A stretch of 41,790 nt of DNA from Cyanobacteriota bacterium (GCA_046045965.1 JBJOKS010000036.1:1-41790); one strand, 5' to 3'; shown: positions 29,319 through 39,185, numbered from the stretch's first letter. Notes: generated by a model not told the origin, from the letters alone. A program made the numbers and translations.

Positions 29319-30401
29319 TTAAAAAACTGTCAGTAAATCCTGACTTTGTTGCTGATAGTAATTTTGCCAGGGAGAAAGACTGAAAAGAAAATTTTGATAT
29401 GCCATAGACATTTGTCTAGCCACTTCATCAATAGGAACACTACCAAAGCTAGTCCCCAAACCGGGAATAGCAACTATGTTAATTTGTTTTTGTATATAAT
29501 TACAGTACAATTTATTATGTTGGCGAATAGCTAACAGAGTAGCCCACATACCTTGATAAACATGATCCTTCCCAGCCATAGATATCTGCATTCTCAGCGC
29601 CGGAGCATGAGCAATAAACGGATGTAAAGGATGATTTGTTTCCACAATTAAAGATGTCCCGATAGGTTGATCTCCTAAATACTCTTCTTGAATGCGTTTT
29701 TGCAATAGGTTCTCGACATCTTCACCAAAAAATTTCAGAATTGCTGCATCAATATTATTTTGAGCAGACTTAAAAGAACTAGCCGCAGTAACTACACAAT
29801 CGAAAAAAGCCAATTCTTCAAAAGTGCCATTGACTATTTCTACATTGGGTAAACCTGCAAAGTAATCAGCAAAAGTTCTACATAAAAAGGTTTTAGTATC
29901 TAGCAGAATTAATTTTAATGGTATATCATAACCCCAGGTTTTACAGGCATTTATGTTAGTAATTTTGCCTTTGTAGTTTGATTGAGCAATCAGAAACATT
30001 AAATGAGAATTGAGGACAGTAAAAATAGCATCAATATTTAAAGTAATATCATTTACTTTAGCTTCTGTTAAACCATCAGGACTTTTAATTTCTAAAATTA
30101 ACCTTTTGATGGCATGATAAATATCTAAGAACAATAACTGTAAAGCTTCATCGGCAATTATTGGATAACGAAGTAGTTTTAGGCAATCTTCTAAATGATA
30201 TACAAGTTTCTGTAAACTCGTAAATCCTAGCATTGCTGCACCACCTTTCATGCTAAAAGTAGCCCTGAACATAGCAGCTAATTCTTCTCTATCATCAATT
30301 GTATTTTGCAGATGAATTAAACCATTGTAGATTGTGTTCAGGTGATCTTGTGCTTCTTCGACAAAGTAGCCTATGATTTTTTGAAATTGTTCTGGTTTCA
30401 T
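29319..30401 (-). CDS. Hpt-like domain fused to a macrodomain-like domain (both degenerate)
   Basis: N-terminal YFVEEAQDHL...FRATFSMKGGAAMLGF resembles CheA P1/Hpt. C-terminal FDCVVTAASSF..IDAAI, IAHAP and VAIPGLGTSFG resemble a macrodomain. Confidence 0.72.
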   Translation of the reverse strand: MKPEQFQKIIGYFVEEAQDHLNTIYNGLIHLQNTIDDREELAAMFRATFSMKGGAAMLGFTSLQKLVYHLEDCLKLLRYPIIADEALQLLFLDIYHAIKRLILEIKSPDGLTEAKVNDITLNIDAIFTVLNSHLMFLIAQSNYKGKITNINACKTWGYDIPLKLILLDTKTFLCRTFADYFAGLPNVEIVNGTFEELAFFDCVVTAASSFKSAQNNIDAAILKFFGEDVENLLQKRIQEEYLGDQPIGTSLIVETNHPLHPFIAHAPALRMQISMAGKDHVYQGMWATLLAIRQHNKLYCNYIQKQINIVAIPGLGTSFGSVPIDEVARQMSMAYQNFLFSLSPWQNYYQQQSQDLLTVF

Positions 30402-30608
30402 AGCTTTAACCGTTATCAGTTATCAGATTAAACTTCTCAGATATCTAATTACAAGCATTCTGAATGGCTGTGCTGTATTTAGACTACCCACTTTTGATTT
30501 AATTCATATCTTGAGCAAACACAAAAAACTACTTTCATTATTAACAAAGCGTTTATATACTTTTTAATAAATTTTTGCTTAAGTAAAACCGCAACTTTTG
30601 AAACCACG

Positions 30609-30629
30609 TTCGCGTAGTATCTCGAAGAG
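30609..30629. mobile_element. Second copy of the 21-nt small dispersed element
   Basis: ttcgcgtagtatctcgaagag inside aaccacg^aagga. Confidence 0.55.
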
Positions 30630-30662
30630 AAGGAATATGTGGGTTTTGTCTTTAGGTTAGTA

Positions 30663-32129
30663 TTAACATCGTTTTAACTGTGATAATAAAACTACAATTT
30701 CATCCATTGCTTTCCTTACCACACTTGCCGGTTGTTCAGATTGATTCACTATAATACTAAAAACTAAAGGTTCATAATGAGGAACATTGATATATCCAGA
30801 TAGGGAAACCACACCCATCATTGTACCTGTTTTTGCTTGCACAATTCCCTGAGCAGATGTGTTAAGAAAGCGATTTTTTAAAGTACCACTAATACCAGCA
30901 ACAGGTAAGGAAGCACGAAATATTTCTGCTTGGTCAGATTTTCCCATCACTTGCAAAAGTTGTACCAAAGCTTCTGGACTAATTAAATTTTTCCGAGATA
31001 AGCCAGAACCATCTACTAAAATGTAGTTATTGGGTTCAACTCCTAATTCCGTTAAGGTGGATTTTAAAACTTGTAACCCAGCAGCATCAGTAGTTTGAGT
31101 TTTTGTCAATGTTTGTTTATCAGCTAAATTTCTCAGTAAAGCCTCAGCATACAAATTATTGCTATTGACATTTGTTTCTGTCAATAATTCCGACAAAGGT
31201 GGAGATTCAATTGCTGCTATTTCTTGTTCATTTGTCTCACCCTTAGCGGTAGATGTCTGTTTAACATTAATTCCTGCTGTTGCTAAACTGAATCGGAAAT
31301 GTCTTAAAAAATTATCAATGGGATCAAATACGGCTAAAGCTGTAATTTCTGGTTGGGAATTTACTGCTAACTGCCCGGTTATCCGCAATATTTGTCCTTT
31401 TAAATCACGGTTGACTTCCACAAAACCAGGCTCATTTTCTTGAGTAGTGACTGAATTATTTTCAATTTTCCATTTATATGCTTCTGTCGGATCAGCCCAC
31501 TGAAGTTGTAATGGTTGTCCGATTTTTTGGGGTAAAAATGTTAATAAAGACGCATTTTCATTGACAATTAAACTATTAACAGGTGCGCCATAATAAGCCT
31601 GTACATCTTCCCATTGCCAGCTAGGATGCACAACTTCACCTTGAAAATAACTATCATCAGCAATTAATTGATTAACTTGCCGAATACCTTGTTGATATAA
31701 CTGTTTTGCTAATATTGTTAATTGGGCATTTTTTAAACTTGGATCTCCCCTACCCACAACACGTAAAACACCTTCACTATCTTGATAAACCGAGGTACGA
31801 ATGCGAAAATTTGCACCTAGTTTTTGCAATGCAGCTGCTGTTGTGAATAACTTAGTAGTAGAAGCAGGAATAAAGTATTTTTCTGCATCTTGACTGTAAA
31901 GATTTTGTGGAGATGATAGGGGTTTGACTAAAATTCCCCACCGCATTCTTTTAAATAAAGGACGGTTGATGACATTATTTATAGATGATTCTAATTGAGC
32001 AGGACAAGTATATTTTGTGGTTGTTGCTGGTGCTACTGGGGTTTGTGCTTGAGCTATTTGCTGGTTAACACTAAATTGAATGCTAACAAATAGCAGCATC
32101 AAGCTAAGAGAAATTCTTTTGGATATCAC
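30663..32129 (-). CDS. dacB: D-alanyl-D-alanine carboxypeptidase/endopeptidase (PBP4, peptidase S13)
   Basis: Signal peptide; PASTTK (SxxK), SNN (SxN), DGSGLSR and AKTGT (KTG). Confidence 0.93.
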   Translation of the reverse strand: MISKRISLSLMLLFVSIQFSVNQQIAQAQTPVAPATTTKYTCPAQLESSINNVINRPLFKRMRWGILVKPLSSPQNLYSQDAEKYFIPASTTKLFTTAAALQKLGANFRIRTSVYQDSEGVLRVVGRGDPSLKNAQLTILAKQLYQQGIRQVNQLIADDSYFQGEVVHPSWQWEDVQAYYGAPVNSLIVNENASLLTFLPQKIGQPLQLQWADPTEAYKWKIENNSVTTQENEPGFVEVNRDLKGQILRITGQLAVNSQPEITALAVFDPIDNFLRHFRFSLATAGINVKQTSTAKGETNEQEIAAIESPPLSELLTETNVNSNNLYAEALLRNLADKQTLTKTQTTDAAGLQVLKSTLTELGVEPNNYILVDGSGLSRKNLISPEALVQLLQVMGKSDQAEIFRASLPVAGISGTLKNRFLNTSAQGIVQAKTGTMMGVVSLSGYINVPHYEPLVFSIIVNQSEQPASVVRKAMDEIVVLLSQLKRC

Positions 32130-32175
32130 AGGAATTTTGAATTTGAGCTAGTTTTGATTCAATAACCTAGAAATA

Positions 32176-32311
32176 GATCCCCGACTTATTAAATACAGCA
32201 ATTCCTGTGGTTATGAGGTACACATCTAGCGGGCAAGATGCCCGCACCACAAGAGTTTTATTATTCAAGTTTGTACCTCATTTGCCCGAAATCTGCTGTA
32301 AGTAGGGGATC
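32176..32311. mobile_element. REP-like palindrome interrupted by a TA-flanked MITE (32194-32300)
   Basis: Outer gatccccgactta...agtaggggatc. Inner TIRs tacagca/tgctgta and atgaggtaca/tgtacctcat. Central hairpin gcgggca-aga-tgcccgc. Confidence 0.75.
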
Positions 32312-32364
32312 TGGAAATTGCGTTTTTTTAAATCGAAGTTGCTGATCAGAAAATAAACAAATAT

Positions 32365-32832
32365 TTATTCCTCTTCCTCTTCTTCTTCTTCATATTCCTC
32401 GAAAACTTCGTCTATCAGTTCTTCTGCTCGATCATCGGAAATCTTTAATGCTTCCTGAAGCTCAAAGAGATAATCTTCGTCTGATTCGGGTATCTCTTCT
32501 TCCATCCCCACTATCAATATAGCAGTGATGTAAGCAGCTTCACGATAGCTCTTTTTTGTTAAGGATGCGATCGCACCAGGAATTAAATTCTCTAATTCTT
32601 GTTCTTTGATCACGCTGTTAACTTTTGCTGTTAACTGCTCAAAGTCTTCCTCAGAGTAATTTTCAAACACATCAATACCTTCCAGCATTTCTGCTAAAGG
32701 GTATTCTTCAGGGGTAATAATACCTTCTTCCTCGGTAGAGGCTGAAAGAAGTCCGATGATGGCGATCGCAACTTCTGGTTCTAGCTTAACTGGGATTTTG
32801 CTGCTGGTTGTGACCAACTCAGATTTAGACAT
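32365..32832 (-). CDS. Very acidic TerB-like (tellurite-resistance fold) protein
   Basis: Pattern REAAY..A..IV...EEIPESDEDYL.ELQEALKISDDRAEELI resembles cyanobacterial TerB-family proteins; poly-Glu tail. Confidence 0.55.
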   Translation of the reverse strand: MSKSELVTTSSKIPVKLEPEVAIAIIGLLSASTEEEGIITPEEYPLAEMLEGIDVFENYSEEDFEQLTAKVNSVIKEQELENLIPGAIASLTKKSYREAAYITAILIVGMEEEIPESDEDYLFELQEALKISDDRAEELIDEVFEEYEEEEEEEE

Positions 32833-33014
32833 GATGATCCTTTTGATGTAGCTAACTTCCTAGATTCCCAAATCATTGCAGAAAATCACAGAGGCTGTTA
32901 CTTTTTTTCATACATCTGGCTTTTAGCACACATAAGTGCTGTTTTTAACATCAAGGAGATTTTAGCAAAACTCAACAGCTATATAACCCAATCTAGAAGG
33001 TGATTTTTACACAA

Positions 33015-33045
33015 AATCCCCGACCTCTGCAAGAAGTCAGGGATC
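33015..33045. repeat. 31-bp REP-like palindrome (same family as 3357)
   Basis: aatccccgacctctgcaagaagtcagggatc, just downstream of the ilvB stop codon. Confidence 0.7.
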
Positions 33046-33057
33046 TGGGTATGATAC

Positions 33058-34950
33058 TTACAACTTAGTTCCGCACTCAGCGCAGAAATTATGGTTAGGT
33101 GGATTTTTTGTCCCACAATGACTGCAATAAACCGGCTCATCTGTAGCTGTAGGTGCTGGCTTAGGTAAACCAAACATCTGCGCGTTACTCTTACCAGGCG
33201 CTACCATTGGATAGCAGTTTTCATCTCTGGTGACATGAACGTTGACAATTACAGGTCCTTTGTGTGCCAGCATTTCGGCAATTTTATCCGCCAACTCTTC
33301 CCGCTTGCTAATCACCATCCCCTTGATCCCATAAGCCTGTGCTAGAAGCTCAATATCAGGCATCCCAACTTCCATATTTGAGCAGGAATAACGTTCACCA
33401 TAGAAGGCTTCTTGCCATTGTCGCACCATGCCCTGCCAACCGTTGTTTAAAATTACGGTCTTGACATTTATGCCATACTGTGCTAATGTTCCCAGTTCCT
33501 GTAAGCACATTTGGAAACTGGCATCACCGCTGATACAGATTACTTCTTCATCGGGGAAGGCAACTTTCACACCCATGGCCGCAGGGACACCAAAACCCAT
33601 TGTTCCTAAACCTGCACTAGAGATCCAGCGTCTTGGTCCATTTTTGAGGAATTGGGCAGCCCACATTTGATGTTGACCGACATCGGTGGTATAAAATGCG
33701 TTTGGTGCTTGGTTGCCAACTTCCACAATGACTTCTTGGGGGGAAATGCTGTCAGCATGATGAGGTACAACCAAGGGATAATCTTGTTTCCAACGGTTAA
33801 TTAAGTTTAACCATTCTTGATTTTGATTAGGTGTGGTTTTTCCCTTTGAGTCTTGACATCGACGGAGTAAATCACTTAAAACACTCTTGACATCGCCAAC
33901 GATAGGAACTTCAGGAACGCGGTTTTTACCAACTTCAGCTGGATCAATGTCGATGTGAATGACTTTAGCGTGGGAAGCGAATTCATCTAATTTCCCGGTT
34001 ACGCGGTCATCAAATCTTGCACCGACGCAAATGAGCAAATCACAATCTGTCACTGCAAAGTTAGCGTAAGCGGTTCCGTGCATTCCCAACATTCCCACAG
34101 ATAGAGGATGATGTTCATCGAATGCACCGATCCCCATCAAAGTGGTAGTCACAGGGATATTAAATAATTCTGCCAGTTGTTGGACTTCTGCATGGGCATT
34201 GGCAGCGATCGCACCCCCGCCGACATACAATAGTGGACGGCGACTTTCTCTAATTAACTGTATAGCCGCATTAATTTGTCTAGGATTACCCTTAACAGTG
34301 GGACGATATCCAGGTAATTTAACAGAACCTGGTTCTACAGGCACATAGTCAAATTCTTCTAAAGCCACATCTTTGGGAACATCTATCAAAACAGGTCCCG
34401 GTCTGCCTGTGCTGGCAATGTGGAACGCCTCAGCCACAATTCGCGCCATATCTTTGGGGTCACGGACTACATAAGAATGCTTGACAATAGGTAGAGTAAT
34501 TCCATAAATATCTGTTTCTTGGAAAGCATCTGTACCAATTGCTGCTCTTGGTACTTGTCCTGTCACTACAATCATGGGAATTGAATCCATGTAAGCAGTA
34601 GCAATACCTGTCACCAAGTTAGTTGCTCCTGGACCAGAAGTACCAAAGCATATCCCTACCTTACCAGTGGCACGGGCGTAACCATCAGCAGCATGGGAAG
34701 CACCTTGTTCGTGTCTAACCAAGATGTGCTTAATAGTACCAGTTTCTTCTACTTTATAGAGGTCATCATAAATCGGGAGAATTGCTCCACCGGGATAACC
34801 AAAAATATACTCAACTCCATGACGGACTAGACTATCTAACAGAGCAAAACCGCCAGTTTCCCGCTTGGGAGTAACAGCTGACGAGTGGGAGATGGGGGAA
34901 GACTTGTGATTTTCCGATTGTGGGAGACTGATTTGAGAAGGGGAGCGCAC
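33058..34950 (-). CDS. ilvB: Acetolactate synthase large subunit with C-terminal zinc ribbon
   Basis: [32 protein letters not shown] and the ThDP motif GDASF..NN. GTG at 34950 has a GAGG RBS. C-terminal CSHC...CAEC. Confidence 0.95.
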   Translation of the reverse strand: MRSPSQISLPQSENHKSSPISHSSAVTPKRETGGFALLDSLVRHGVEYIFGYPGGAILPIYDDLYKVEETGTIKHILVRHEQGASHAADGYARATGKVGICFGTSGPGATNLVTGIATAYMDSIPMIVVTGQVPRAAIGTDAFQETDIYGITLPIVKHSYVVRDPKDMARIVAEAFHIASTGRPGPVLIDVPKDVALEEFDYVPVEPGSVKLPGYRPTVKGNPRQINAAIQLIRESRRPLLYVGGGAIAANAHAEVQQLAELFNIPVTTTLMGIGAFDEHHPLSVGMLGMHGTAYANFAVTDCDLLICVGARFDDRVTGKLDEFASHAKVIHIDIDPAEVGKNRVPEVPIVGDVKSVLSDLLRRCQDSKGKTTPNQNQEWLNLINRWKQDYPLVVPHHADSISPQEVIVEVGNQAPNAFYTTDVGQHQMWAAQFLKNGPRRWISSAGLGTMGFGVPAAMGVKVAFPDEEVICISGDASFQMCLQELGTLAQYGINVKTVILNNGWQGMVRQWQEAFYGERYSCSNMEVGMPDIELLAQAYGIKGMVISKREELADKIAEMLAHKGPVIVNVHVTRDENCYPMVAPGKSNAQMFGLPKPAPTATDEPVYCSHCGTKNPPNHNFCAECGTKL

Positions 34951-35084
34951 GGTTAACCTCAAAATATAGCTAAAATTAACGCTTAGATTGTGTATTTAGA
35001 ATTTCATTTTAGTGGAAAATTTGCTCGAAATGCTGAGATAATCTTTATCCATCACCATAGAGATGGATTATGATTCTACAAGTT

Positions 35085-36332
35085 TTAGATCACATCTTGC
35101 AAGACTCTCCGGGTATTTTTCCAAGTCCAAAAACCGATCGCTGCTACAGTCAGACTCATTCCGCACAAAACTATTGATAAACCAAAAGCGTTAACTAGTT
35201 TGGTTGTAATCAACAAAGGCGCAGAAAGGGCAATATTAATGGCATGATTTTGAAAGCCAAATACCTTACCGTGCATTGCTGGGGGTGTGTGCTGTTGAAT
35301 TAAAGTTTGCATTGGCACATTAATAAAGGATGCTCCCAAGCCTAAGAAAACGCACAGTCCCAGAACTAAAAACAGATTACGGGTAACAATAAACATTACT
35401 AATGCCAATGCCATAAATATAAAACCAATTAAAGGCAGGGGTTTTTGATGTAATTTATGGCCAAAGTGTCCGAGAATTCCTGCACCTAAAACCATGCCCA
35501 CACCAGCAGCGGCGACAAAAAAGCTAAAATCAGTTTGTTCTAAGTTCAACTTGGCAGCTAATCTAATGGCTAATTCCAGTAATGCGGCAAACACGCAGTA
35601 CAAAGCAACAATTTGGATCATTGCATTCCAGATCAGGCGATTTTGTTTGAGATACTGCCAACCTTGTAAGAATTCAGTGAAGGGGTTAACTACAGAGGTT
35701 TGCCTGTGTTCTTTAAAGCGAATCGGCATCATAATCATAGCAGATAAAAGATACAAACCACCTACTAATAGTTCTTTGCCAAATTCAACGTTGAGATATT
35801 CAGCCCAGTTCAAAATCGGCTTTCCCACAGCATAACCGACAATTAATGCGCCCATCATCGTGCTGCCAAACAAGGCATTTGCGGCCATTAAATTTTCTCG
35901 TTTTACCATCAGGGGAATAGTGGCTTGTTCCGCTGGAGCAAAAAACTGTGTGACAGTGGAGATCCCAAAATTTAATGCTAATAATATTCCTAACTGCCTG
36001 GGTAAGAAAGGTATACTCAGTATTAGTAGACCACGCACGAGATCAGATCCAATCATGATCAGCTTTTTTGGCATCCGGTCAACAATGACACCACCAGCAG
36101 ATCCGAAAAAAATGGCTGGCAGGGTAAATGCCATGTATAGATAAAAGCGTCCTGTGCCTTCTGGTAAATTGTCAGTTAAGTATTTTTTCTCTAACAAATC
36201 AATCATTAAGATCAGTAAGACCTTATCTGCCATCTGTGACACCAGTTGTCCGATCCACAGGAGCATAAAATTACGGTTTTTTAGTAGTGCGCCAAAGCCG
36301 CTACTAACTACAGTCGGTTCAGTGGGAAGCAT
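35085..36332 (-). CDS. MFS transporter (macrolide-efflux/H+ antiporter-like)
   Basis: About 12 TM segments with LWIGQLVSQMAD, GVIVDRMPKK and QTLIQ..TP..MHGKVFG. Real start at ATG 36332; the upstream extension is translated repeats. Confidence 0.88.
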   Translation of the reverse strand: MLPTEPTVVSSGFGALLKNRNFMLLWIGQLVSQMADKVLLILMIDLLEKKYLTDNLPEGTGRFYLYMAFTLPAIFFGSAGGVIVDRMPKKLIMIGSDLVRGLLILSIPFLPRQLGILLALNFGISTVTQFFAPAEQATIPLMVKRENLMAANALFGSTMMGALIVGYAVGKPILNWAEYLNVEFGKELLVGGLYLLSAMIMMPIRFKEHRQTSVVNPFTEFLQGWQYLKQNRLIWNAMIQIVALYCVFAALLELAIRLAAKLNLEQTDFSFFVAAAGVGMVLGAGILGHFGHKLHQKPLPLIGFIFMALALVMFIVTRNLFLVLGLCVFLGLGASFINVPMQTLIQQHTPPAMHGKVFGFQNHAINIALSAPLLITTKLVNAFGLSIVLCGMSLTVAAIGFWTWKNTRRVLQDVI

Positions 36333-36340
36333 CGGAAATA

Positions 36341-36520
36341 GGTAATGGGTGACTGGGGACTGGGGACTGGGAACAGGTGACAGGTGACAGGTGACAGGTG
36401 ACAGGTGACAGGAGGCAGGGGGCAGGAGGCAGGAGGTAAATATTTCTCCCCATCTCCCCATCTCCCCATCTCCCCATCTCCCCATCTCCCCGTCTCCCCA
36501 GTCAAGAGTCCCCAGTCCCC
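36341..36520. repeat. Composite STRR block: GACTGGG, GACAGGT, GGCAGGA heptamers and the TCTCCCCA octamer
   Basis: Seen directly; includes the STRR1-type CCCCAGT in both orientations. Confidence 0.88.
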
Positions 36521-37086
36521 TTTTCTTCATAGCGTTTTAACAGAAAATGCAGGAATTCAGCAGCATTTAGGGAATTTTGGGGCTGGGAAAACCCACTTGA
36601 TGGATCTGTCCAATGACCTTGTACTTTTTGGGGCGATCGCCACATTGATAAATGATCAACTGGTGGGTCGGCGTAAAAATTATCTTCCCTACTACCTAAA
36701 ATAGCAGAACTCCAATGGGTAAAATAATCATGACTCAGACGATGAATAGGGAAATTACCCCACAGTGGGACTCCCCAACCATCCACAGCAATAAAGGCTT
36801 TGACATTACCGCCCAAGAGTTGCCATTTTGTCGCCGCACCTATCGCCCCAACTACACCAGCACTAAAGCCAATGAATATAACAGGCGATTCTAGCTTATT
36901 ACCTAAGCGAGCGATCAGAAACAGTAAAATATGAAATGCTGATACAGCTAAAATACCTTCTCCTGGAAAAACCAGTATATTTAGCGACTGTCCATCATAT
37001 TTCTCTGGATCTGGGTTTAACAACTCTCTGACAAAGCTTTTCGTTAATTCTAGTTCATGGATGCCAGGGCAAATAATGATGTTCAT
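36502..37086 (-). CDS. Conserved hypothetical protein, alpha/beta-hydrolase-like
   Basis: IICPGIH, nucleophile-elbow-like IGFSAG, AVDGWG and a C-terminal His (VDHL). Confidence 0.6.
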   Translation of the reverse strand: MNIIICPGIHELELTKSFVRELLNPDPEKYDGQSLNILVFPGEGILAVSAFHILLFLIARLGNKLESPVIFIGFSAGVVGAIGAATKWQLLGGNVKAFIAVDGWGVPLWGNFPIHRLSHDYFTHWSSAILGSREDNFYADPPVDHLSMWRSPQKVQGHWTDPSSGFSQPQNSLNAAEFLHFLLKRYEEKGTGDS

Positions 37087-37292
37087 GAGCTTTTTTGGTG
37101 GAAGGTAAGAGGAAATAGCAATTCAAAAGTTAATTTTTATTTTGAATTTGTAATTTTTAGTTGTGAGATATATATTTTTATGTTTACATCTATCCTATCC
37201 CCCTGGATGGGTTAATAATTAACGAGTATGGGGAATAATACGGTTGTTCCCTTTGAGGATCTCTCCATTTCGGTTATATCGAGGAAATTATT

Positions 37293-38405
37293 GTGGTTGC
37301 AACTCCAGAAAAACTGCAACATACTCACGAGCATCTACCAGGCCATGACCGCGTAGCAGTATTGCTGATGGGTTATGGTGAAGTTGAAAGCTACGAAGAT
37401 TTTGCTAATTATAATGAACAAGCTTTAAATCTACTCACTGCCAAATTCGCACCAGTCCCCACTTGGATATATCCCCCCCTAGCAAAGCTGTTGGCGTTAT
37501 TTGATCGCCATGAATGGGGACACACACACCATGATTTCATCTCTCCCCATAATGCCATTTTTGAACGGCAACGGGCTGGAATTGAACACGAATTACAACA
37601 TAAATGGGGTGGTAGTGTTCAAGTTTTCAAAGCTTTTAACTTTTGCGCTCCTTTTTTGCCTCATCAGGTTTTAGCAGAAATCAAAAATCAAGGTTTTGAG
37701 AAAATCTTAATTTATCCGTTGTTGGTGGTAGATTCTATTTTCACCAGTGGAATAGCTATTGAACAAGTTAATAATGCTTTAGCAGAATTGGCTGATGGTG
37801 ATCAACATTGGGTAAAAGGAATGCGTTATATTCCTTCTTTCTACAATGAGCCGGAATATATTAATTTAATGGCGCAGTTGGTAGAAGAAAAAATTAACAC
37901 AGATGTAGCAGCAGCTTATTTACCATCACAAATTGGTATTGTGTTGATGAATCATGGTTGTCCTCACAAAGCCAAAGGTTTTACATCAGGAATTGATGAA
38001 AGTCAGGCTCTTTACGAATTAGTCAGAGAGAAGTTAATTAACCGTTATCCTTTAATTTCTGTGGGTTGGTTAAACCACGACACACCACTAATTGACTGGA
38101 CCCAGCCAAATGCTACCCAAGCAGCCCAAAATCTGATTCAATTGGGTGCAAAAGTTTTGTTATTTATGCCAATTGGTTTTGCTACAGAAAACCACGAAAC
38201 GCTGTTAGATGTTCATCACATTATTCATGATTTAGAAAAACAATATCCTGGTGTTGATTATTTACAAATGGCTTGTGTAAATGACCATCCCCAATTTATG
38301 GATATGGCTGCTAAATGGGCAAATTCTCATATTGCAGAATTGATGCAAGAGGAAGCTAAGGCAGTTAATCGTGAGTTAGCTATTCATCATCACCATCATC
38401 ATTAA
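37293..38405 (+). CDS. Ferrochelatase-family class II chelatase paralog, no CAB domain, His6 tail
   Basis: VLLMGYG, ISPH, ILIYPL, MNHGCP, WTQP and PIGFATENHETL; GTG start with GAGG RBS. Confidence 0.8.
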   Translation: MVATPEKLQHTHEHLPGHDRVAVLLMGYGEVESYEDFANYNEQALNLLTAKFAPVPTWIYPPLAKLLALFDRHEWGHTHHDFISPHNAIFERQRAGIEHELQHKWGGSVQVFKAFNFCAPFLPHQVLAEIKNQGFEKILIYPLLVVDSIFTSGIAIEQVNNALAELADGDQHWVKGMRYIPSFYNEPEYINLMAQLVEEKINTDVAAAYLPSQIGIVLMNHGCPHKAKGFTSGIDESQALYELVREKLINRYPLISVGWLNHDTPLIDWTQPNATQAAQNLIQLGAKVLLFMPIGFATENHETLLDVHHIIHDLEKQYPGVDYLQMACVNDHPQFMDMAAKWANSHIAELMQEEAKAVNRELAIHHHHHH

Positions 38406-38408
38406 TTA

Positions 38409-38478
38409 GGTGACAGGTGACAGGTGACAGGTGACAGGTGACAGGTGACAGGTGACAGGTGACAGGTGACAGGTGACA
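38409..38478. repeat. Heptamer tandem repeat (GGTGACA)x10
   Basis: Ten perfect units immediately after the chelatase stop codon. Confidence 0.92.
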
Positions 38479-38572
38479 GATAAAGAATCACTTCTTGTCT
38501 GTTGCCTTTTATTTTAAGTTTAAATGTTAATCTGGAACTGGCTACAATACAAGTACCAGTTTTTGGGAAAAA

Positions 38573-39178
38573 ATGATGACACAAACTAATATATCTCCCG
38601 CTATTGCTGTCAATATTCCTACTACACTTACTCTGCACATCTCCCATGAGCAGTTTGTTGATTTAGCACTTGCTAACCGAGATTTACAATTAGAACGAAC
38701 TGCTACGGGAGAGTTAATTATTATGCCACCTACGGGGAGCTATACAGGCAATAAAAACTTTGATATTGCTGGACAATTGTGGTTATGGAATCGTCAGTAT
38801 AAATTAGGAAAAGCTTTTGACTCTTCAACTGGTTTTCATCTTCCTAATGGTGCTGATCGTTCCCCTGATGTAGCTTGGGTAAAACAAGAAAAATGGGATG
38901 CTCTCAGTTTAGAACAACAGGAAAGTTTTGCGCCTATTTGTCCTGATTTTGTGCTGGAATTACGTTCTAAAACTGATTCTTTGGAAAAGTTGCAAGCGAA
39001 GATGAGAGAATATATAGAAAATGGTGCTAGTTTAGGTTGGTTGATTGACCGAAAAAATCAACGAGTGGAAATTTATCGTCCGGGTAAAGATGTGGAAGTT
39101 TTAGATCGTCCTGTAAGTTTGTCTGGGGAAGATGTTTTACCTGGGTTTGTGTTAGAATTAACTGAGGTTTGGAGTTGA
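38573..39178 (+). CDS. Uma2/DUF820-family putative endonuclease
   Basis: LERTATGELIIMPPTG, FDSSTGF, RSPDVAW, PDFVLELRS, KMREYIENG and LSGEDVLPGF. Confidence 0.92.
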   Translation: MMTQTNISPAIAVNIPTTLTLHISHEQFVDLALANRDLQLERTATGELIIMPPTGSYTGNKNFDIAGQLWLWNRQYKLGKAFDSSTGFHLPNGADRSPDVAWVKQEKWDALSLEQQESFAPICPDFVLELRSKTDSLEKLQAKMREYIENGASLGWLIDRKNQRVEIYRPGKDVEVLDRPVSLSGEDVLPGFVLELTEVWS

Positions 39179-39185
39179 GAAGATA

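Noticed and set aside
35085..36530. Track's 481-aa MFS with a long repetitive N-terminus, plus ORFs 36308-36505 and 36405-36704
   Set aside because: The extensions (WGDGEMGR, CHLSPVT) are translations of STRR repeats; the real start is taken as 36332.
38409..38478. Tandem arrays as a possible CRISPR array
   Set aside because: Units are 7-9 bp with no unique spacers, and no cas genes are present.
38402..38647. Short ORFs built from repeats (also 13361-13543, 24246-24494 and 25803-26042)
   Set aside because: They overlap STRR or MITE sequence and real genes, with no independent coding signal.
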